A stretch of DNA of 64,000 nt, from NCBI GenBank assembly GCA_038065955.1, contig JBBTPY010000007.1:29232-93231 (forward strand), written 5' to 3'. The notes beneath the pieces are model-generated. The model saw only the letters and a program-made list of their open reading frames with translations. It had not been told where the DNA came from and made no database searches. The position numbers were made by a program, and so were the translations under genes. Shown piece after piece: positions 46,446 through 54,424 of the stretch. Position 1 is the first letter of the stretch. Every line of letters begins with the position of its first letter. This DNA is from Patescibacteria group bacterium (GTDB lineage: Bacteria > Patescibacteriota > Minisyncoccia > UBA6257 > UBA9933).

Positions 46446-48564
46446 GCTCTTCTATCCTCATTTTTTCAAAAATATAGCAACAAACAAATAATTGTATGAG
46501 CCCCTTATGATTAAACGCCCATTCCGGTTCTTTAACTATTATCTCGCGTAATTCAGGAATAATTGTGTCTGCAATCTTGCCGATTATTTCCGAATTTATT
46601 TCACCTCCGACCTGAAATAACTGATAATTGTCATAAATCTTATAGTCAACGCTTAAATTTTCTTTTACTAATTGATCAAACAAAAATTCTAGATTTATGT
46701 CATTAACGCATTTAAATTCCAAACAAATATCAACCGATTCTTTTTCGTCCCCGATACTCTTTATAGAATCTTTGCTTTTAAGATAAATGGAAATATCCGC
46801 GTATTGTTCTTGAGATTTAATATATTGGTCAGAATCGCTCTGTCTTTTTTTAATTTGCTCAATAACTTTTTCCCTGCTATATCCCCTTTCTTTAACATCT
46901 CTGAGCGCTTTCCAATGAAGCCGTATTTGATCATCTGAATTAATGAAAATCTTAAGATCAAGAATGTTCCTCATTTTATTTAAAAATAAAGCGTGCAACC
47001 CCTCAAAAATAATTATCTTTTTTGATTCCAGGTTCTTCGGCAAAGTAAATTTTCCCGCGCTATGGTCATAATGGCGACGCTCGATCATCTTTCCGTTTTT
47101 TAAATGCAAGGCGTTTTTTAATTCAGTATAAAGCCCATTTGCTTTCGGATTTAAATGAGTCAATTTGTCCCACATTTTATGACCCCGCTCCCATTTATGC
47201 ATGTCGTCTCCTTCAAGTATGACAGTATTCTTTTCACTAAATATATCTTTAATAAGACCGGCAAAAGTGGTTTTCCCACTACCCGAATCGCCTGTCAAAC
47301 CTATCAAATAAGGCTGATATTTTATTTTATATTGAATATTGCTTTCTATTCCTTTTCTGTATATCCACAAAATATTTAATAATAATGTTGTTTGCAATAA
47401 TGTAAATATTATATTTACTAATTTATCGGCGTTAATGCCATAACTAATCAGAAAGTGATATAAATTGGGAATAGCGGCGATATTTTTTGAAATAAATTGA
47501 AATATTTCAAAAAAATCAGAATTTTTTATCACCAAAAAATAACTAAAATAAAATATATTAAGTAAAATGAAAGTGAATTTAGGCGCGTTATCTTGTTTAA
47601 TATAAAAATATATAAAAAACGGGATTATCCAATAATACCATCCCTGCATCGGAGGTATAAATAGGGTTAAAATACCAAAGCTAAAACCCAAAAACATTAA
47701 AAAAATGTCACGGTTAAATATTTTATAGGTCAGACTTTTAATAAACAATATCAAATAAGCCAAAGGAACGAAATATATCACAAAACTGTCGCTAATCTTA
47801 TAATTGAAATCAAATATCTTAAATTGTTCCTTATTATTCAGAACCAATTCAAAAAAACCGGGAGAAAATAAATAATTGAGATTTATAATCGCGAACAGGG
47901 CGAAAGGAACAAGCGACAACGAAATAATTTGACTGATTTTTACTCTTTTTAAAATCAAATAAACTAAAGCGAGGGGGATAGCAATTAAAATACCGGCTTT
48001 AGCGGAAATAGCCATGCCTAAAAAAATAAAAGCCCGATAAAATTTTTCCTTAAACAAAAAATAAAGAAAAATAAATAAAAACATTATTGGCAGCGCGTCC
48101 AATTGGCCATGCATATAACTAATGTAAAACAATATCGGCGAACACCAATAATATTTTAAAACTTTATCTTCTTTTCCCTTAAGCCAACGAACTAAGATGA
48201 GAAAAATAACTATGTCCGCAAAAATAATCGGCAAACGGTAAATAAAAACGTGCCAATTAGAAACAAAATTATAATCCAAACTTAAAAATGGGCTGAAAAT
48301 AAATCTTGGCGCCGCTAAAAGCCAAAGCATTACTTTTGGATAAGGGAAAATAATCAGCTCTTTCAATCCATAAAAAAAGTCATATGGATTTTGAAACCCG
48401 CTTACAACATAATAATTTACAAATCTGGAAAATAAATTAACCAAAAAATTAGAGGCAAAGAAAAAAGAAAATATAATTTTCAATCCCAAAACAGTTAAAA
48501 AAAGCGGAGATGAACAAAATTGAACACAATAACTTTTAATTTTTCCGATAATATCTCTATCCAT
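46435..48564 (-). CDS. Fusion of a GT-C/GT87-like membrane domain and a phosphoribulokinase/uridine-kinase domain
   Basis: N-half: FPYP, D, W.SP, HGQLD, K, W TM pattern. C-half: GLTGDSGSGKTT P-loop, GDDMHKWER, YDH..GKF, FEGLH, RD..ERG. Confidence 0.82.
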   Translation of the reverse strand: MDRDIIGKIKSYCVQFCSSPLFLTVLGLKIIFSFFFASNFLVNLFSRFVNYYVVSGFQNPYDFFYGLKELIIFPYPKVMLWLLAAPRFIFSPFLSLDYNFVSNWHVFIYRLPIIFADIVIFLILVRWLKGKEDKVLKYYWCSPILFYISYMHGQLDALPIMFLFIFLYFLFKEKFYRAFIFLGMAISAKAGILIAIPLALVYLILKRVKISQIISLSLVPFALFAIINLNYLFSPGFFELVLNNKEQFKIFDFNYKISDSFVIYFVPLAYLILFIKSLTYKIFNRDIFLMFLGFSFGILTLFIPPMQGWYYWIIPFFIYFYIKQDNAPKFTFILLNIFYFSYFLVIKNSDFFEIFQFISKNIAAIPNLYHFLISYGINADKLVNIIFTLLQTTLLLNILWIYRKGIESNIQYKIKYQPYLIGLTGDSGSGKTTFAGLIKDIFSEKNTVILEGDDMHKWERGHKMWDKLTHLNPKANGLYTELKNALHLKNGKMIERRHYDHSAGKFTLPKNLESKKIIIFEGLHALFLNKMRNILDLKIFINSDDQIRLHWKALRDVKERGYSREKVIEQIKKRQSDSDQYIKSQEQYADISIYLKSKDSIKSIGDEKESVDICLEFKCVNDINLEFLFDQLVKENLSVDYKIYDNYQLFQVGGEINSEIIGKIADTIIPELREIIVKEPEWAFNHKGLIQLFVCCYIFEKMRIEEHER

Positions 48565-48573
48565 AAAGAAATT

Positions 48574-49227
48574 TTAGGAATTATTTATTAAAATTGTTTT
48601 AATGCCCATTTTTTCTCCGCCGGCCAAGTCTTTTTCATAATCATCGCCTATTAAAACAACATCGCTTGGTTGCATTTTTAATTTTTCAAGCGCGATTTTA
48701 AAAATGTTTTGATGCGGTTTGTCGCGCCCAGCCTCTTCTGAAGAAACAATAAAATTAAGATATTTCCCGATTTTTAAACGATGAATTTTTTCAAACTGAA
48801 TCTTAGCGGTTAAATCAGTAATTAAACATATCTTTATATTATTTTTACGGCATTTTTTCAAAAAATCCAATACGCCGTCAAATAATTTCATTTTCTTGAA
48901 AAAGCTGTCCCAATATAATTTTTCAAATTTAACGGTTAAATTTATATCTGTTTTGCCATAAATTTTTTCAAAAAGCCGCTGAAAATACAAAAAGCGGGAA
49001 TGAGAAGCTGCTTGGCCAAAAGTATATTTTTTAATACCCTGCCTTGCTGTTTTATAATTCTTCTTAAATTGCGCAAAAGAAATTAAATTATTTTTTTGAA
49101 AATGCCGCCAACAAGCTTTTAGAGCATACTGATGACATTGCTCATATTCGTATAAAGTATTATCTAAATCAAGTAAAATGGCTTTTTCACCGCTTTTTTT
49201 AATTTTTTCAAAATTAATAAAAAACAT
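48574..49227 (-). CDS. HAD-family hydrolase
   Basis: LDLDNTLY, KP, IGDDYEKD. Confidence 0.92.
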   Translation of the reverse strand: MFFINFEKIKKSGEKAILLDLDNTLYEYEQCHQYALKACWRHFQKNNLISFAQFKKNYKTARQGIKKYTFGQAASHSRFLYFQRLFEKIYGKTDINLTVKFEKLYWDSFFKKMKLFDGVLDFLKKCRKNNIKICLITDLTAKIQFEKIHRLKIGKYLNFIVSSEEAGRDKPHQNIFKIALEKLKMQPSDVVLIGDDYEKDLAGGEKMGIKTILINNS

Positions 49228-49248
49228 AAATAACTCAATATTACTAAT

Positions 49249-49872
49249 TTATTTAATTAATTTTTCCCATTGTTCAGTATATTTTCTGGCAGTCATCACA
49301 GCGTCGAGCTTAAAATTCAAATCCTTTATCTTTTGTGCGTAGGGCACGATATCCTGCGGCCGGCCCCAACGCTCCGGACATACCAAGCAGGTTTTAAAAT
49401 TTTTTAGACGACTGACAATATTTTCGTTTAATGGAAGAATGGTGTTAGTGTCAATCCAAACCCAGTCCAAAAGCGATTTGCCATTAACTATTTGCGATTC
49501 TACTGCCTCAATTGGCTCGGCCTCGCTATAGCGCACCGCAATGCTACGCACGCCTTCTTTTCTGGTAGCCCGGTATAAATAAGAGAATTCAGCATCTAAA
49601 AGAAAATATTTATCTTTTGGAATGCCATATTTTTCAGCAATATCTATAACTCTTTGTTCATAACCCGCTTCTTTTATGTTAAAAATGATAAAAGCGTGAT
49701 TAAAATTTTGAAGATACAACTCTAATTCATCGTATTTAGACGCATTGTCGATCGGGTCGTGATTCAACAACATTTTTTCTCCATAGCCCCTAATATCAAT
49801 TTCCACGCCATATTTCTGCGGGATTTCTTTCAATTGCTCAATTTTGTTAACGCGATGGATAATTATTTGCAT
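49249..49872 (-). CDS. PLC-like/GDPD-like phosphodiesterase (short TIM barrel)
   Basis: IIHRVN...GVEIDIR...HD, NIKE, WVWID, CLVCPE. Confidence 0.7.
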   Translation of the reverse strand: MQIIIHRVNKIEQLKEIPQKYGVEIDIRGYGEKMLLNHDPIDNASKYDELELYLQNFNHAFIIFNIKEAGYEQRVIDIAEKYGIPKDKYFLLDAEFSYLYRATRKEGVRSIAVRYSEAEPIEAVESQIVNGKSLLDWVWIDTNTILPLNENIVSRLKNFKTCLVCPERWGRPQDIVPYAQKIKDLNFKLDAVMTARKYTEQWEKLIK

Positions 49873-49875
49873 GTT

Positions 49876-50652
49876 TTAATTTTTCTTCCTTAATTCAAAA
49901 TCGTACTTTTTGAAAAATTCCTTCCAATACTGATATTTTTTAAGGTCATCGGGCGTGCCCCAGCAAATATATTTTTCAACTTCAAAAACTTTTACTTGAT
50001 AACCGGCTTCTATAACTTCGTTGATAACCGAATCAACGTAAAACTCATTATTCACTTTTATATTTTTGCGAATCATATTTTCCGCGGCTTCAACAAAAAT
50101 TTTTCCTTTTTTAAACCAAAAAGTTCCAACAATGGCATGATCTTTTATCGGATTATCGCTAATCGGAATTTTTACAAAAGTTTTTAAAACGTTATTTTTA
50201 TCATCAACAACAGTCCAACCATACGCCTGTGGTTTTTTCTTCACCGCAACATTATTTCTAAATGTCCAAACTAAACAATCCGCTTCTTTTTTTAATTCTT
50301 CAAATTTTTCTTTATTCCAAACCATTCCATTATCGCAGGCGCCAATCAATAACTCTTCATTATTATTGATTAAATTTTTCGCCAAAAGACAAGTGCTCGC
50401 CTGACCTTCGGTAAGTTTATCAATAATCACAATTTTAGCATTTGGAAAATAAGATTTTAACGCTTTATCAATTTTATAATTATCAATATGTTCTTTACGA
50501 CAAATAAAAATCCATTTATCCGGCTTTGGCAAAGATTCAGCCGCCATAACCGCCATCGGCTTTCCAGAAACCAAAATTAATGGCTTGGGAATTTTATAAT
50601 TTTCATCTTTATATCTTTTTCCTTCACCAGCCATTGGAATTAAATTAATCAT
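49876..50652 (-). CDS. Nucleotidyltransferase-like protein (paralog of 44692..45453)
   Basis: LIPMAGEGKRY...PKPLI, TEGQASTC, ACD, NEFYVD, CWGTPDDL. ATG 50652 overlaps the asnB stop. Confidence 0.86.
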   Translation of the reverse strand: MINLIPMAGEGKRYKDENYKIPKPLILVSGKPMAVMAAESLPKPDKWIFICRKEHIDNYKIDKALKSYFPNAKIVIIDKLTEGQASTCLLAKNLINNNEELLIGACDNGMVWNKEKFEELKKEADCLVWTFRNNVAVKKKPQAYGWTVVDDKNNVLKTFVKIPISDNPIKDHAIVGTFWFKKGKIFVEAAENMIRKNIKVNNEFYVDSVINEVIEAGYQVKVFEVEKYICWGTPDDLKKYQYWKEFFKKYDFELRKKN

Positions 50653-52409
50653 AGTTGTTTTTTTAATATTTCTTTGGCCCACTGTCGCGACCAATGCGTC
50701 TTAACATTTGATATTTGACCTTTAACATCTGACGAAAGCCATTTTTCAAACGGAAAAGTGAAGCCCATTTTCGGGCGAGTGAATATTTCTTCGGGCAATA
50801 AATCGCGCGTCGCTTCAACTAATAATGATTTATTTATGTCTTTTCCTAATTTTATTTCCGGCGGCAAACTGCTTAAATATTCAACGAGCGGATGATCTAG
50901 AAACGGCACCCGGACTTCAATGGAATGATACATTGACATAAAATCAGTGTCTTTAAGAAGCTGATTTTGAAGATAAAATTTTAGTTCTAAATAAGAAAGT
51001 AAATCAACAGAATGAAGCGTTTCGGCAGCCGAAACGCCGTAAGAAAACTCATCTATAAAATCTTTCACCTCGCTTAAATTGATATCTAAAATTTTCGCAA
51101 CTTCTTGCGACGCAAATAACCCTCTAACGCCCAAATAAAAACTTAAAATATCATTATTGGCGAAATAACTTAATTTTGAATATTTATCGCCGAATAAATC
51201 GCTTAATTTTAGCGGTGATTTTAACAATCGCGGCAAATTTTGAATTTTTCTCAATACTTTCGCTTTCTTAAAATGCGAATAGCCGCAAAAAATTTCATCT
51301 GATCCAAGTCCGGAAAGCACGGCTTTTAGCCCCGCTTCTTTAGCGGCTTTGGCAATAAAGAAAGTATTGACGCCGTCAATAGTCGGCTGGTCCATTGCTT
51401 CAAAAATTTCGTCGAACGAATTAAAAAAATCCTGTTTTGTAATTTTTATTTCCCGATGATTACTTTTTATTTTTTGCGCGACCAATCGCTGATATTTTTG
51501 CTCGGAAAATTCCGGTTCGTCAAAAATAATTGAAAGAGTGGTTATTGGATTTTTTCTTGATTGCGCCGCCAAAGCCGCAACAACGGACGAATCCAATCCT
51601 CCGCTTAAAAACACGCCCAGCGGCGCGTCACTGATTAAATGATAATTAATTGATTTATCAAGCAATTGCTTTACATTCTCCGCCGCTTTTCCAAAACTAA
51701 TGTTGTTTTTATTATGGAAAAATTCCAATGAATCATAATACTGAACCAACTTTTGCCTGCCATCAGCTTCGCGAACCAAATAATTACCTGCCGGTATCGC
51801 AAAAACATCTTTAATGGTTGTCATTGGCAATGGCACGGACCCGAACAATAAAAACCCGATATAAGCCTTAGGATTTTTAACAACCGGAATTAAACCGCTT
51901 CCAGTAATCGCTTTAACCGTTGAAGCAAAAACCAGTTTTTCGGTGTCGCTGAAATAATAAAGCGGTTTAATGCCGTAACGGTCTTTGACCAGAAAAAGTT
52001 TTTTATTTTTATCGTCCCATAATCCAAAAGCGAACATTCCCCTTAACATTGAAAAAGATTTTTCGCCGTATTCCGAATAAAGCGCCAAAATCATTTCGGT
52101 ATCGGTTTTTGTTTTGAATTTATATCCTTTTTTCTCTAAATCTTTTTTTAATTCTAAAAAATTATAAATTTCACCGTTAAAAGTAATTGATAACTTGCCA
52201 TATTTCATCGGTTGATGACCAGCTTTTGATAAATCCAAAATAGAAAGCCGCCGGTGGCCAAGAAAAATACCGTTTTTTTTATCGGAAAAAATTCCTTTAT
52301 CGTCCGGGCCGCGGTCTTTCTGCGAAAAATTCATTACTTCAACCGCTATTTCAAAATCTTTTATATTTTTGGCTTTTCCGCCGTAATAAACGCCAGAGAT
52401 TCCGCACAT
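50649..52409 (-). CDS. asnB: Asparagine synthase (glutamine-hydrolysing)-family amidotransferase
   Basis: MCGI, RGPD, GHRRLSILDL, NGEIYN, LSGGLDSS, SGLGSDE, EVRVPFLD, KMGF. Confidence 0.94.
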   Translation of the reverse strand: MCGISGVYYGGKAKNIKDFEIAVEVMNFSQKDRGPDDKGIFSDKKNGIFLGHRRLSILDLSKAGHQPMKYGKLSITFNGEIYNFLELKKDLEKKGYKFKTKTDTEMILALYSEYGEKSFSMLRGMFAFGLWDDKNKKLFLVKDRYGIKPLYYFSDTEKLVFASTVKAITGSGLIPVVKNPKAYIGFLLFGSVPLPMTTIKDVFAIPAGNYLVREADGRQKLVQYYDSLEFFHNKNNISFGKAAENVKQLLDKSINYHLISDAPLGVFLSGGLDSSVVAALAAQSRKNPITTLSIIFDEPEFSEQKYQRLVAQKIKSNHREIKITKQDFFNSFDEIFEAMDQPTIDGVNTFFIAKAAKEAGLKAVLSGLGSDEIFCGYSHFKKAKVLRKIQNLPRLLKSPLKLSDLFGDKYSKLSYFANNDILSFYLGVRGLFASQEVAKILDINLSEVKDFIDEFSYGVSAAETLHSVDLLSYLELKFYLQNQLLKDTDFMSMYHSIEVRVPFLDHPLVEYLSSLPPEIKLGKDINKSLLVEATRDLLPEEIFTRPKMGFTFPFEKWLSSDVKGQISNVKTHWSRQWAKEILKKQL

Positions 52410-52410
52410 T

Positions 52411-52989
52411 TTATTCGCTAATTATTTTTTTAATTCTCTCGTCTTCCGGCCAAAGTTGAATAATTTTTTCGCCGATTGATTTAGCCTTTTCAAGCTCGCC
52501 GGTTTGCCGATAAATACCAAATAATCCGTAAAGCGGCATCGGCAATTTCGGGCCGAAATTTAAAGTCGCCCGATAATATTCTTCCGCCTTTTTTAAATCT
52601 TCAATTTTTTGATAACGGCGCCAACGCGTTTCATATATTGAAGCCACCAATAACAACTGCTTTGTATTATTTTTTAAAATATGTTTTTCAATATAATTCG
52701 TCAATTCCGTTGAAACATTTTTCGGTATATTTTCCTGACTGACAATATTTAAAAAAGTCTGCCCGGTAAAACGCGCCGATTCCTCTCCGCCAACCGGCGA
52801 ATAATAATCAAAAACTTTGTCAAAATTTTTCTTTAATTCGTCAACTGTTCTGATTGAACCGAGGTTATTCACCGCCCGGACATATTGTTGAGCTTTGCCG
52901 AAAGGCAAAAAAGCGCCAAAAATCAAGCCGAGAACGGTCAAAATAATAAAAATAATTATAATAAATTGTGTAATGAATAACTTTGCCAT
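52411..52989 (-). CDS. TM plus TPR-like protein, resembling the C-terminal part of the 54425..56800 ligase
   Basis: N-terminal TM followed by helical repeats (KAEEYYRATL..GP, GELEKAK...IQLWP). Confidence 0.75.
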   Translation of the reverse strand: MAKLFITQFIIIIFIILTVLGLIFGAFLPFGKAQQYVRAVNNLGSIRTVDELKKNFDKVFDYYSPVGGEESARFTGQTFLNIVSQENIPKNVSTELTNYIEKHILKNNTKQLLLVASIYETRWRRYQKIEDLKKAEEYYRATLNFGPKLPMPLYGLFGIYRQTGELEKAKSIGEKIIQLWPEDERIKKIISE

Positions 52990-52993
52990 AATT

Positions 52994-54421
52994 TTAAAAT
53001 TTAGAATTTTGAGTTTTGAATTTATAATTAGCGAACGCTAAAAATAAAAACAAATTTATATAGGTCGGCAAAATGTCAAAAAGCACCAGCCCTTGAATTA
53101 AATAAGCTGTCGGAACGGCGAAAATTAAAGCTCTTTGAATCAGTAAACTGCGGCCGCTAAGTTGATTTTTCTCATTATTACTGACTAGTAGTTTCAAGGA
53201 GCGCCAATAAAATACCGCCCAAATTCCAATAAAGCTTAACAATCCCAAAATGCCGGCTTGCGTCAGGTAATCCAAAAAGATATTATGAGCCCGATCATAC
53301 CACGCGCCGAAACCTTCTTTAACGGAATAATGTTTCGGATTGTAATATTCGTCAAAGGTGTAAGAAAAATTTTCCGCTCCCCATCCTAAAATCGGCCGTT
53401 CTTTAAATCCGTCAACGGCGATTTTCCAAATAACCGTCCGGTTTTGAAAATTTTCGGCTTTAAAAGAAATGTCAAAAATCCGCGAACCGGGAATATTCTG
53501 AATAAATCGGCTGTCACGTAATAAAATCACCGAACCGACGAATAAAATAACCAAAAAGCCGATTATTAAAGCGAATTTTCTAAATCGCTTCAAAGAAAAA
53601 CCAAGATAAGCCAAAGCCGTTAAAATGGCCGCGATTAATCCCACGAAAGCGCCGCGCGTCGCCGCCAAAAAAAAGAAAATTGCGAAAACCACCGCCAGCG
53701 AACCAAGAATAATCGCCAATTTTTTTTTCTCCTCTTTTATGCAATCAACTAAAAGATAGAAAACATAAAAAAGAATAAATACCAGATAAGTCGCCACATA
53801 GGCCGGATTGCCGATTGAGCCGGCAAAACGAAAACCGCTTTCCCTAAAATCGGGACCGATAAAAGATTTAAACGTTTGGTATAAAAAACCTCCTTCGCCG
53901 GTTAATACTTCTTGAGAAACGCCGCCGATATTTCTGACAGCCGTTTCGGCGTCAAGATATTTCAAACCAGCGCCAACGCCGTAAAAAATCATCAAACCGG
54001 CCGCGATAATGGAAACCCAAAACATTATCCGCCAATCTTTTTTTTCAAAAAGCAAAACCGAAAGCAGGAAAAAAACATAAAGGCAGATAATTTGCAAAGA
54101 ACCTTCGCCACGCTCAAAATTTGACCAAAAAGAAAAAGCCGGGTCAACGCCGAAAAAACCGGCTAAAACGAAAATAAAAACAAACAAAGAAACGGCGATA
54201 ACTAAAGGCCGTTTAAAAACGACTGACGACTGACGACTGACGACTGACGACTTATCCTGAAGCAATAAACCCAAAAGATAAAATATCAACGCCAAACCGA
54301 TTGTCGTTCTGAAAAACGCGTATTTGCCGACGATGAACGGAAAAAGCGTTGAGACGCTTACTACTACAACGGCAAACGGGACTAAATAAAGAAAAAATTT
54401 GGAGATTTTAAAATAATCCAT
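52994..54421 (-). CDS. O-antigen ligase / O-oligosaccharyltransferase family protein (paralog 2)
   Basis: SFWSNFERGEG, GNPAYVA, TRGA, R..IW...GWGAENF, DRAHNIFLD. Confidence 0.9.
   Translation of the reverse strand: MDYFKISKFFLYLVPFAVVVVSVSTLFPFIVGKYAFFRTTIGLALIFYLLGLLLQDKSSVVSRQSSVVFKRPLVIAVSLFVFIFVLAGFFGVDPAFSFWSNFERGEGSLQIICLYVFFLLSVLLFEKKDWRIMFWVSIIAAGLMIFYGVGAGLKYLDAETAVRNIGGVSQEVLTGEGGFLYQTFKSFIGPDFRESGFRFAGSIGNPAYVATYLVFILFYVFYLLVDCIKEEKKKLAIILGSLAVVFAIFFFLAATRGAFVGLIAAILTALAYLGFSLKRFRKFALIIGFLVILFVGSVILLRDSRFIQNIPGSRIFDISFKAENFQNRTVIWKIAVDGFKERPILGWGAENFSYTFDEYYNPKHYSVKEGFGAWYDRAHNIFLDYLTQAGILGLLSFIGIWAVFYWRSLKLLVSNNEKNQLSGRSLLIQRALIFAVPTAYLIQGLVLFDILPTYINLFLFLAFANYKFKTQNSKF
54219..54253. 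repeat. Perfect heptamer tandem repeat (ACGACTG)x4 + ACGACTT inside the ligase gene
   Basis: Directly visible; encodes KSSVVSRQSSVV. Confidence 0.9.
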
Positions 54422-54424
54422 AGC

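Noticed and set aside
46435-47320. Calvin-cycle phosphoribulokinase
   Set aside because: The domain is fused to a membrane GT-C-like region within a glycan locus, and no RuBisCO is in the window.
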